Source: Acidimicrobiia bacterium (GTDB lineage Bacteria; Actinomycetota; Acidimicrobiia; Acidimicrobiales; Bin134). From it: a stretch of DNA of 36,365 nucleotides. A program made the translations under genes and the position numbers. Location of the stretch: positions 1 to 36,365 of the forward strand of contig JAJEEH010000266.1 of NCBI GenBank assembly GCA_022821105.1. The letters run 5' to 3'. Positions 17,289 through 25,880 of the stretch are shown piece by piece; within the stretch, counting starts at the first letter, position 1; each line of letters begins with the position of its first letter. Below the pieces are notes generated by a model. That model did not search any database. It was given only the letters and a program-made list of their open reading frames with translations, and was not told where the DNA came from.

Positions 17289-18074
17289 ATGGCCGATGAT
17301 CGATACGGGGTTCGGGATGAAGAGGTGGAGATCGAGCGCACCCGCCTGGAGATGTTGGCCGAAGCCCGCGACCCCCGCACCCGCCGCGTCCTCGACCGCA
17401 TCGGGCTGAGCTATGGCTGGAGGTGTTGGGAAGTGGGCGCCGGTGCGGGTTCGGTGTCAGCTTGGCTGGGCCGAAAGGTCGGGCCAGAGGGAGCAGTGTG
17501 GTCCACTGATTTGGATCTCCAGTTCCACCGGCCGGTGCTTCCCAACGTGGTGGTAGAGCAGCACGACGTGGCCAAAGACCCCGCGCCCCGGGCAGCCTTT
17601 GATCTCGTCCACACCCGCGCGGTGCTCCAGCATGTGCCAGAACGAGATCAAGTGATTGAAACACTGTGGGCGGCGGTGGCGCCGGGTGGCTGGCTGGTGG
17701 TGGAGGACGGCGCCTTTCAGGCGTTCAGCGAACAGCCCCTGCCCGAGCCCTACGCCACCGTCCACCGCGCCATGGCCACCGGGGCCACCGCCGAGTGGCG
17801 CGATCCCAACTTCGGAGTGCGCCTGCCGGAGCGGTTTCGCGACCTGGGCGCCGAAGACATCGACATCACCGGAGAGGTCTGGGCCATGCGCTCTGGAGAG
17901 CCGGGCGGGGAGTGGTGGTTCCTCGCCATGGAGCGGGCCATTCCCCGAATTGTGCAGGCCGGCCTGGTAACCGCTGAAGAAGGCCAGACAGCCCTGGCTC
18001 AGGTTCGGGCGCCCGGATTTGTCATGATGAGTTCTCTGTCGATCGCAGTATGGGGCCGAAAGCCCGCCAAATAA
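17289..18074 (+). CDS. Class I SAM-dependent methyltransferase
   Basis: 'CWEVGAGAGS' motif I, 'FDLVHTRAVL', 'APGGWLVVED'; GAGGAG upstream of ATG 17289. Confidence 0.9.
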   Translation: MADDRYGVRDEEVEIERTRLEMLAEARDPRTRRVLDRIGLSYGWRCWEVGAGAGSVSAWLGRKVGPEGAVWSTDLDLQFHRPVLPNVVVEQHDVAKDPAPRAAFDLVHTRAVLQHVPERDQVIETLWAAVAPGGWLVVEDGAFQAFSEQPLPEPYATVHRAMATGATAEWRDPNFGVRLPERFRDLGAEDIDITGEVWAMRSGEPGGEWWFLAMERAIPRIVQAGLVTAEEGQTALAQVRAPGFVMMSSLSIAVWGRKPAK

Positions 18075-18092
18075 GGAACTCAGGAGGCTGAG

Positions 18093-19313
18093 ATGGAGAA
18101 TCTGGAACTTTGGAATCCCTCGACATTCAAGAACGGTTTCCCCCACGATTACTTCCGCCACAAGCGCGACAACGATCCGGTGTTCTGGAGCGAACACCCG
18201 GTATGGGACGGTTACTGGAACGTCACTCGCCACGCCGACGTGCAGCGGGTATCACGCGATTCAGATTGCTTCAAGAGCCAGCCCAACCCCTTCCTGGCCG
18301 GCGACCAGCCGCCCGCGGTTGACGACGGTTCCAACTCGCAAATGCTCATCAGCCTCGATCCGCCCGATCACACCAAGATGCGCAAGCTGGTCAATCGGGG
18401 GTTCACGCCTCGCCGGGTGCGCGATTTGGAGGAGAGGATCCAGTCGCAGGTCGACCGTTTGATCGACCAGGTGGCCGACAAGGCCGGCTGTGAGATGGTC
18501 AGCGAGATCGCGGTGGAGCTGCCCTTGCAGGTGATCGCCGACTTGGTGGGCGTGCCCGAAGAAGACCGCCACCAGATCTTCCACTGGACCGAGATCACGT
18601 TCGGCTTCGACGAGAAGTACACCACCGAGGAGATGATGGACGCCGGGGCGCAGATGTTCGCCTACGCCGACCAGATGTGCGAGATCCGCAAGAAAGAGCC
18701 CCACGACGATCTCATCAGCGTGCTGATGGAGGCCGAGATCGACGGGGAGTCGCTCGACCAGATGCAGATCGACGTGTTCTTCATGCTCCTCCAAAACGCC
18801 GGCTCCGAGACCACCCGCAACCTCATCACCACCGGCACGCTGGAGCTCATCCGCAACCCCGACCAGATGCAGATCCTCAAAGACGACCCGTCGCTCATCC
18901 CCAACGCCGTGGAGGAGCTGTTGCGCTACACCACGCCGGTGATGCAGTTCGTGCGCCGGCCCACCCACGACACCGTGGTGGGGGATCAGGAGATCAAGGC
19001 TGGCGATCCGGTGGTGATCTGGTACTCCTCGGCCAATCGGGACGAGCGGGCCTTCGAGAATCCCGACACGCTGGACGTGACCCGCGACGCCAGCCAGCAC
19101 GTGGCCTTCGGGGCCGGCGGACCCCACTTCTGCCTGGGGGCGTCGCTGGCCCGATTGGAGGCCAAGATGATGTTCGAGGCCATCATCGGCCGCTTTGAGG
19201 GTCTGGAGCTAGGGGTGGAAGACCCCCGGACCCTGCGTCGCCTGCACTCCAGCCTGGTCGACGGCTATGTGGAGATGCCGCTGCGCTGGGATGGGGTCAA
19301 ACCTGCCACCTGA
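18093..19313 (+). CDS. Cytochrome P450 (CYP124/CYP125-like clan)
   Basis: I-helix 'AGSETT', 'EELLRY' ExxR, heme loop 'FGAGGPHFCLG'. Confidence 0.95.
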   Translation: MENLELWNPSTFKNGFPHDYFRHKRDNDPVFWSEHPVWDGYWNVTRHADVQRVSRDSDCFKSQPNPFLAGDQPPAVDDGSNSQMLISLDPPDHTKMRKLVNRGFTPRRVRDLEERIQSQVDRLIDQVADKAGCEMVSEIAVELPLQVIADLVGVPEEDRHQIFHWTEITFGFDEKYTTEEMMDAGAQMFAYADQMCEIRKKEPHDDLISVLMEAEIDGESLDQMQIDVFFMLLQNAGSETTRNLITTGTLELIRNPDQMQILKDDPSLIPNAVEELLRYTTPVMQFVRRPTHDTVVGDQEIKAGDPVVIWYSSANRDERAFENPDTLDVTRDASQHVAFGAGGPHFCLGASLARLEAKMMFEAIIGRFEGLELGVEDPRTLRRLHSSLVDGYVEMPLRWDGVKPAT

Positions 19314-19337
19314 GGGTCATCTTGATCTCCGAACTTT

Positions 19338-19382
19338 GTTTGTTAGGCTAACTTGACAATTTAGGCTCACCGATCCTAGGGT
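19338..19382 (+). promoter_or_regulatory. Tandem IdeR/DtxR-like boxes overlapping a TTGACA-N18-TAGGGT promoter
   Basis: GTTTGTTAGGCTAACTTGA (14/19 to TTAGGTTAGGCTAACCTAA) and ACAATTTAGGCTCACCGAT (12/19); TTGACA 19353-19358; TAGGGT 19377-19382; downstream gene is an iron-binding protein. Confidence 0.75.
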
Positions 19383-19391
19383 TCCGCGCCC

Positions 19392-20420
19392 ATGAGCAAG
19401 ATTTCTCGTTCTGGGCTAGCTGCTGTGCTCCTTGTGGTGGCCATGCTGGCCAGTTCCTGCGGTGGTGACGACGAGAGAGTCGTCACCGTGTACTCCGGCC
19501 GAAGCGAAAACCTGATGATGCCGCTGTTTGACGAGTTCGAGCGCCAAAGCGGCATTACTGTTCAGGTTCGCTGGGGCTCCTCCACCGACTTGGCCCTGCT
19601 CGTTGCCGAGGAGGCAGAGCAGACCCAAGCCGACGTGTTCATCTCCCGGTCACCGGGTCCGGTGGGCTTTCTGGATGCCAGGGGCCTGCTTGCCACAATG
19701 GACTCCAGCGTTCTCGACCTAGTGGCTGCCGAGCACCGAGGGACCAATGGCACCTGGATCGGGTTCTCCGGGCGCAAGCGGGTGCTGGTCCACAATCTCG
19801 ATAACGTGCCGCCATCCGAGTTGCCCGACTCGGTGTTTGAGCTCACCGACCCCAAGTGGCGGGGCCGGGTGGCTATCCCGGCCACCAACGGCTCGTTCGT
19901 GGACTGGTTCACCGTGTTCCGCGATCAATACGGCAACGACGTCGCCACCCAGTGGCTCGACGACATGGTGGCCAACGACGCCCGCAATTACCCCAACAAT
20001 GTTTCCATTGTGGACGCCGCCGCCCGGGGCGAGATCGATGTGGGCCTGGTGAACCACTATTACAACCACCGGATGACGTCAGACGCCGAGGCCGCCGGCC
20101 GCGAGCATCGGGCGGCCAACTATGACCTGTCCGATGAGGACATCGGATCACTGCTCATCATCACCGCCGCCACCATGACCGCCAACGCTGATGACCGCGA
20201 GGCAGCCCAAGAGCTCATTGCCTACCTGCTCTCCCCATCGGCCCAGCGATACTTCACCAACAGCACCTACGAATACCCCCTAGCCGGCGGCATCGAGCCC
20301 AACCCCGCCCTACCTCCCCTCTCCGCCCTGTCCATCGGCTCCGTAGACTTCGACGCCCTAGGCGGCGGCTTCGAAACCACCGAAGAAATAATCCAATCCA
20401 GCGGAATCCTAAGCCAATAA
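19392..20420 (+). CDS. Fe(III) ABC transporter substrate-binding lipoprotein (FbpA/FutA-like)
   Basis: Lipobox 'LASSC', 'VTVYSGR', 'GLVNHYY' tandem Tyr ligands, 'YEYP'. Confidence 0.9.
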   Translation: MSKISRSGLAAVLLVVAMLASSCGGDDERVVTVYSGRSENLMMPLFDEFERQSGITVQVRWGSSTDLALLVAEEAEQTQADVFISRSPGPVGFLDARGLLATMDSSVLDLVAAEHRGTNGTWIGFSGRKRVLVHNLDNVPPSELPDSVFELTDPKWRGRVAIPATNGSFVDWFTVFRDQYGNDVATQWLDDMVANDARNYPNNVSIVDAAARGEIDVGLVNHYYNHRMTSDAEAAGREHRAANYDLSDEDIGSLLIITAATMTANADDREAAQELIAYLLSPSAQRYFTNSTYEYPLAGGIEPNPALPPLSALSIGSVDFDALGGGFETTEEIIQSSGILSQ

Positions 20421-20478
20421 CCCCCCTCTCCCTCTCTCTTCTTCTGGTAGCCCCCAACGGCTGGATGGTCCAACGGTA

Positions 20479-20566
20479 GGCGTGGTGGGGGGTGGCGCCG
20501 TAGGTGACAGGACCCGCCACCACGCCGGTGGATGGTAACGATTTACCCGCCGCCCGCCACCCACCG
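20479..20566. repeat. Intergenic double inverted repeat (two adjacent GC-rich hairpins)
   Basis: ggcgtggtggggggt (20479) pairs with acccgccaccacgcc (to 20526) at 14/15. cggtggatgg pairs with ccacccaccg and encloses ggtaa-cgat-ttacc. Confidence 0.6.
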
Positions 20567-20624
20567 ATAACGACATTCTCGCTGCGCTGTGGATCAAGCA
20601 TCCCCAACGATCTAACGTCTTAGC

Positions 20625-21878
20625 GTGGACGTCGACCCCCTAGATCTCATCTCCCCCAAGCGCTACGGCGAAAACGGCCAGCCTCACGAACTGCTGGCCT
20701 GGATGCGCCAGAACTCCCCGGTGCACTGGTGCGAACCCGACGGCTACCAGAATTTCTGGGCCGTCACCCGCCACGCCGACATCATCGAAGTTTCCATGCA
20801 ACCCGAGCTGTTCAGCAACGAGGCCGACAGCATCACGGTGCGGACCCATCAGCAGGTTGCCGATTTGGAGGAGCACGGCAGCATCATCGGCGACATGCGG
20901 ACCATCATCAGCATGGACCCGCCCGATCATCGGCTTTACCGCAAGGTGGCCAGCGGCTTCTTCACCCCGCGGGGCATCAGCCAGCTCGACCAGATCGTGA
21001 ACGACAGCGCCAAGGCCCTGCTCGACAGTTTGGGCGACGAGGGCGAGTGCGACTTCGTGGACGTCATCGCCCAGCGCCACCCGCTGCGGGTTCTGGCCAC
21101 CATTTTGGGCATCGACCGCGAGGACGAGGAACGCCTGTTGGTGCTGACCCAGCAGCTTCTGTCGGGCGACGATCCCGACTATCGGCGCGAAGCCGAAACC
21201 CGCTACCAGGCCAGCGCAGAAGTGGGCATGGAGTTCTACGCCATGTTCGACCGCATCATCAAGGATCGTCGGGCCAACCCCCAGGAGGATTTGGCCACCA
21301 TGCTGGCCAATGCCCATCTGCCCACCGGCGAGGCCCTGCCCGAGATCGAGACCTTCGGCTACTACCTCATTGTGTTCACCGCCGGCCACGACACCACCCG
21401 CAACGGCCTGTCGGGCGCGCTGGAGGCATTCTTGGCCTATCCCGACCAGCTTCAGCGGCTGCGGGAGAACCCGGAGATGGCCAAAGACGCGGTGGAAGAG
21501 GTGGTGCGGTGGTCCACTCCGGTGAACTATATGAAGCGCACCGCAATGGCCGACGCCACCGTTGCCGGCCAGCCGGTGAAAGAGGGCGACTTCGTGGTGT
21601 TCTTCTACGCCTCGGGAAATCGGGATGAGACGGTGTTCGACCATCCCCACGACTTCGACATCGGCCGCCACCCCAACCGCCATCTGGGCTTCGGCTGGGC
21701 CGAGCACTATTGCCTGGGAGCGCACCTGGCTCGAGCCAGCACCCAGGCGCTCATCAAGCAGTTGGCCGAGCGGGTAGTCGAGATCGAGCCTGCCGGGCCC
21801 ATCGTCCGCACCGAGTCCAACCTCATCGTCGGGGCCAAGCAGCTGCCGGTTCGCTACAAGCTCCGTCCCGCGGCCTGA
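20625..21878 (+). CDS. Cytochrome P450
   Basis: 'TAGHDTT', 'EEVVRW', 'HLGFGWAEHYCLG'. Confidence 0.95.
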   Translation: MDVDPLDLISPKRYGENGQPHELLAWMRQNSPVHWCEPDGYQNFWAVTRHADIIEVSMQPELFSNEADSITVRTHQQVADLEEHGSIIGDMRTIISMDPPDHRLYRKVASGFFTPRGISQLDQIVNDSAKALLDSLGDEGECDFVDVIAQRHPLRVLATILGIDREDEERLLVLTQQLLSGDDPDYRREAETRYQASAEVGMEFYAMFDRIIKDRRANPQEDLATMLANAHLPTGEALPEIETFGYYLIVFTAGHDTTRNGLSGALEAFLAYPDQLQRLRENPEMAKDAVEEVVRWSTPVNYMKRTAMADATVAGQPVKEGDFVVFFYASGNRDETVFDHPHDFDIGRHPNRHLGFGWAEHYCLGAHLARASTQALIKQLAERVVEIEPAGPIVRTESNLIVGAKQLPVRYKLRPAA

Positions 21879-21922
21879 TCGCCAGCGTTGAGTCCTAGCC
21901 CAAACCCACAACTGAAACAACC

Positions 21923-23587
21923 ATGAGCACCAACGACAAAAGCCCTGTCCACTACGACGCCGTGGTAATCGGCGCCGGCTTCGCCGGCATCTACATGCTG
22001 TACAAGCTCCGCCAAATGGGGCTGACCGCCAAGGCCTACGAGACCGGCGACGATGTGGGCGGCACCTGGTACTGGAACCGCTATCCCGGCGCCCGCTGCG
22101 ATGTGGAGAGCCTGGAGTACTGCTACAGCTTCGATCCCGAACTGGAGCAGGAGTGGGAGTGGACCGAGCGATATCCGGGCCAGCCCGAGATCCTCCGCTA
22201 CGCCCAGCACGTGGCCGAGCGCTACGACCTGTATCGGGACATCCAGTTCAACACCAAGGTCACCAAGGCGGCCTTCGACGACGACACCGGCCGCTGGCAC
22301 GTCAGCAGCGCTCCCGCGGTAGACCACATCGACCACAACCACGCTCCCGCCGGTCCCGACGCCGATCTGGTTACCGCCGAGTACCTCATAACCGCGGTGG
22401 GCTGTCTGTCGTCTTCCAATGTCCCCGACGTCGAGGGCATCGACACCTTCGAGGGCGAGTTGTGCCACACCGGCCGCTACCCCAAAGAGGGCATCGATTT
22501 CGCCGGCAAGCGGGTTGGCGTGATCGGCACCGGCTCCTCGGGGATCCAGGCCATTCCGGTCATCGCCGAGACCGCCGAGCACCTCACCGTGTTCCAGCGC
22601 ACCCCGCAATACGCCATACCGGCTCGCAATCACCCCCTCGACCCGGCCGAGCAGGCCGAGGTCAAAGCCGACTACCGCAAGCTCCGCGAGCAGAACAAAA
22701 GCCAACAAGGCGCGCTCGGCGCCCGTTTCGACTGGAACGAGGGCTCGGTGCTCGACGTCGAGGTGGAGGAGGCGTTCAAGGAGTTTGACGCCCGCTGGGA
22801 GATCGGCGGCTTCGCCTTCCTCGGCGCCTACTCCGACATAGCCCGCACCCCCGAGGCCAACCATGTGGCCGCCGACTTCGTGAAGGACAAGATCCGCGAG
22901 ACGGTGACCGACCCCGAGGTGGCCGAGCGGCTCATCCCCAGCACCTACATCGGCTGCAAGCGGCTGGTGCTCGACACCGACTACTTCATCACCTACAACC
23001 GCGAAAACGTCACCCTGGTGGACATCAGCGAGAACACCATCACCGAGATCACCCCCGGTGGCCTGCGCACCGTCGACGGCACCTCATACGACCTCGACGT
23101 GATCGTGTTCGCCACCGGATACGACGCCATGACCGGCTCGCTGCTCCGCATCGACATCCGAGGCCGCGAGGGGCTTCCCCTGGCCGAGCAGTGGTACGCC
23201 GGACCCCGCACCTACCTGGGGCTGGGCGTGCCCGGGTTCCCCAACATGTTCACCATCACCGGCCCGGGCAGCCCGTCGGTACTGGCCAACATGATCGTTT
23301 GCATCGAGCAGCACGTGGACTGGATCGGCGACTGCATCGACCACATGCGGGCCAACGGCCACCGCCACATCGAGGCCACCGAAGAGGCCACCGAAGCCTG
23401 GGTAGAACACGTGAACCTGGTGGCCAGCTACACGCTGTACCCCACCTGCAACTCCTGGTATTTGGGGGCCAACATCCCCGGAAAAACCCGGGTGTTCATG
23501 CCCCTGCCCGGCTTCCCCGACTATGCCAAGAAGTGCGACGAGGTGGCCGCCGCCGGCTACGAGGGGTTTGCGCTAGTCCAGTCGTAG
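21923..23587 (+). CDS. Type I Baeyer-Villiger monooxygenase (CHMO/steroid monooxygenase-like)
   Basis: Two Rossmann motifs (GAGFAG, GTGSSG), 'GGTWYWNRYPGARCD', fingerprint 'FEGELCHTGRYP'. Confidence 0.95.
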   Translation: MSTNDKSPVHYDAVVIGAGFAGIYMLYKLRQMGLTAKAYETGDDVGGTWYWNRYPGARCDVESLEYCYSFDPELEQEWEWTERYPGQPEILRYAQHVAERYDLYRDIQFNTKVTKAAFDDDTGRWHVSSAPAVDHIDHNHAPAGPDADLVTAEYLITAVGCLSSSNVPDVEGIDTFEGELCHTGRYPKEGIDFAGKRVGVIGTGSSGIQAIPVIAETAEHLTVFQRTPQYAIPARNHPLDPAEQAEVKADYRKLREQNKSQQGALGARFDWNEGSVLDVEVEEAFKEFDARWEIGGFAFLGAYSDIARTPEANHVAADFVKDKIRETVTDPEVAERLIPSTYIGCKRLVLDTDYFITYNRENVTLVDISENTITEITPGGLRTVDGTSYDLDVIVFATGYDAMTGSLLRIDIRGREGLPLAEQWYAGPRTYLGLGVPGFPNMFTITGPGSPSVLANMIVCIEQHVDWIGDCIDHMRANGHRHIEATEEATEAWVEHVNLVASYTLYPTCNSWYLGANIPGKTRVFMPLPGFPDYAKKCDEVAAAGYEGFALVQS

Positions 23588-23609
23588 CCATCGCCTATTT
23601 TCTGACCCT

Positions 23610-25880
23610 ATGACGGAATACCGCATCGGTCTCACCTTGGCGGAATCCAAGTCACCACCGGTGCCCCGGCCCTACGATCCCGATGCCCCCAATGTGCTGG
23701 TGATCGTGCTGGACGATCTGGGATTCGCCCAGCTGGGGTGCTATGGCTCCGACATCGACACCCCCAACCTCGACCGGTTGGCGGCTCGGGGTCTGCGGTT
23801 CACCAACTTCCACACCACTGCGATTTGCTCGCCTACTCGGGCCTGCCTGCTCACCGGGCGCAACCACCACCGGGTGGGGGTGGGGATGCTCACCGACTTG
23901 CCCATCAACTTCCCAGGCTACAACGGCCAGATCCCCGATTCGGCCGGGACCCTGGCCCAATACCTGGGCACCGAGGGCTGGGCCACCTTCGCGGTGGGCA
24001 AGTGGCACCTAACTCCCCGCGACCAGCGGGCCGCCGGGCCGTATCACACCTGGCCCACCGGGGTGGGCTTCGATCACTACTACGGGTTCCTCAACGGGCA
24101 GACCAACCAGTGGACGCCCCAGCTCATCCGGGATCAGACCTACATCGAGCCTCCGGCCGGCCCTGAGGACGGATATCACGTCGATGCCGATCTCGCCGAT
24201 CAGGCCATCGACTACGTGAGGGGGTTGCGGTTGGCCGACCCCGATCGCCCGTTCTTGATGTGGTACGCCACCGGCACCCCCCACGCCCCCCACCATGCGC
24301 CCCCGGAGTGGATCGACCGCTACGCCGGGAAGTTCGACCGGGGCTGGGACGTGTGGCGCAAAGAAGTGCTGGCCCGCCAGAAGGAGATGGGGGTCATCGC
24401 ACCCGATGTGGATTTGTCGGAGCGTCCCGAGTGGGTTGAGGCCTGGGCTGACGTGGACTCCGACCGCCAGCGGCTGTATGCCCGGATGATGGAGGTGTAC
24501 GCCGGGTTCTTGAGCCATTTCGACCACCACATCGGCCGATTGCTCGACTACTTGGAGTCGACCGGCGAGGCCGACAACACCGTGGTGGCGCTGATCTCCG
24601 ACAACGGCTGCTCAGCCGAAGGGGGACCCCACGGCACTTGGAACCAGCTTCGCCACGTCATCAGCGACGATGAAGATGACATAGAGCTGGAGATGTCCCA
24701 CTACGAAGACTTGGGCGGATTCCGCTCCTGTGGGCACTACCCGTGGGGCTGGGCGCTGGCCGGCAACACGCCCTTTAGGCGGTGGAAGAAATACACCTTC
24801 GAGGGCGGCGTGCGCGACCCGTTGATCTTGACTTGGCCGGCTGGGATAGCAGCGCGGGGCGAGTTGCGCCATCAGTACACCCACGTGACCGACGTGATGC
24901 CCACGATTCTGGACCTGGCCGGGGTGCAGCCGCCGACCGAGTTCGGCGGGGTGGAGCAGATGTCGTTCGACGGGGTCAGCATGCGCCCGATCGTGCTGGA
25001 CGATGATCCCGACGCTGCCCGCACCAGCCAGTACTACGAGTGCTGGGGCAGCCGGGCCATGTATCACCAGGGTTGGAAGGCGGTCACCAACCACGTCAAC
25101 CAGCTCACTTCCGCCGACCGAGAGGCCATCGCCGGCAGCCTGGATTTCGCCGAGGACGAGTGGGAGCTGTTCGACACTGTGGCCGATCCCATCGAGTTGA
25201 ACAACCTGGCCGACAGCCATCCCGAGAAGCTGGCCGAGATGATCGAGCTGTGGGACGCCGAGGCCGACCGCAACGGAGTGCTGCCCCTCGACGACACCGC
25301 GGTCAACCGCATCGCCCACATGTATGTCCCTTGGATGTCGCTGCGGCCCCGCTACGACTTGGTGCCGGGCGACAAAGTGCACGAAGCGGCCGGGCCATTG
25401 CAGTTCGGCGGCTACCGCGCCGTGGCCGCCTTCCCCGAAGGCGTGCCCGAGAACGCTGAGGGCATCATCTGCGAGCAAGGTGACTGGGTCTCAGGCTGGG
25501 CGCTGTTCTTGGCGCACGGTGAGCTCCGCTGGGTGGCAGTGGTAAGCGGTTTGGAATACCGGGCAACCGCGCCCGTTCCCACCGGAGCGCGTTTTGTGGG
25601 GGCGGTGGTAGCCCCGACCGACGGTGGCCTGTTCACGGTCACGCTCACTGCCGACGACGCCGAGATCGGTCAAGGGGCCAAACCGGTACCCCTGCCCACA
25701 AACTGGGCGGCCGACGGAGCGTTCCTCAACGTGGGCTTTGGTCGCCCCTTCCCGGTGTGCGACGACTATGAGCCGCCGTTCGAAGCGCCCGAAGCCTTGG
25801 CCTCGTTGGTCATCGAGACCGGCGAGCTGCCCCCGTTCGACTTCGACGCTGAGATGGCCCACGCCATGCGCCACCAATGA
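23610..25880 (+). CDS. Arylsulfatase (Cys-type S1 sulfatase, AtsA/AtsD-like), copy 1
   Basis: 'VLDDLGF', 'CSPTRACLLTGR', 'GKWHL', 'SDNG'; no signal peptide. Confidence 0.95.
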   Translation: MTEYRIGLTLAESKSPPVPRPYDPDAPNVLVIVLDDLGFAQLGCYGSDIDTPNLDRLAARGLRFTNFHTTAICSPTRACLLTGRNHHRVGVGMLTDLPINFPGYNGQIPDSAGTLAQYLGTEGWATFAVGKWHLTPRDQRAAGPYHTWPTGVGFDHYYGFLNGQTNQWTPQLIRDQTYIEPPAGPEDGYHVDADLADQAIDYVRGLRLADPDRPFLMWYATGTPHAPHHAPPEWIDRYAGKFDRGWDVWRKEVLARQKEMGVIAPDVDLSERPEWVEAWADVDSDRQRLYARMMEVYAGFLSHFDHHIGRLLDYLESTGEADNTVVALISDNGCSAEGGPHGTWNQLRHVISDDEDDIELEMSHYEDLGGFRSCGHYPWGWALAGNTPFRRWKKYTFEGGVRDPLILTWPAGIAARGELRHQYTHVTDVMPTILDLAGVQPPTEFGGVEQMSFDGVSMRPIVLDDDPDAARTSQYYECWGSRAMYHQGWKAVTNHVNQLTSADREAIAGSLDFAEDEWELFDTVADPIELNNLADSHPEKLAEMIELWDAEADRNGVLPLDDTAVNRIAHMYVPWMSLRPRYDLVPGDKVHEAAGPLQFGGYRAVAAFPEGVPENAEGIICEQGDWVSGWALFLAHGELRWVAVVSGLEYRATAPVPTGARFVGAVVAPTDGGLFTVTLTADDAEIGQGAKPVPLPTNWAADGAFLNVGFGRPFPVCDDYEPPFEAPEALASLVIETGELPPFDFDAEMAHAMRHQ

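Noticed and set aside
16153-17664. 503-aa alternative-frame ORF overlapping fadE and the methyltransferase
   Set aside because: Arg/Gly/Pro-rich shadow frame typical of GC-rich DNA.
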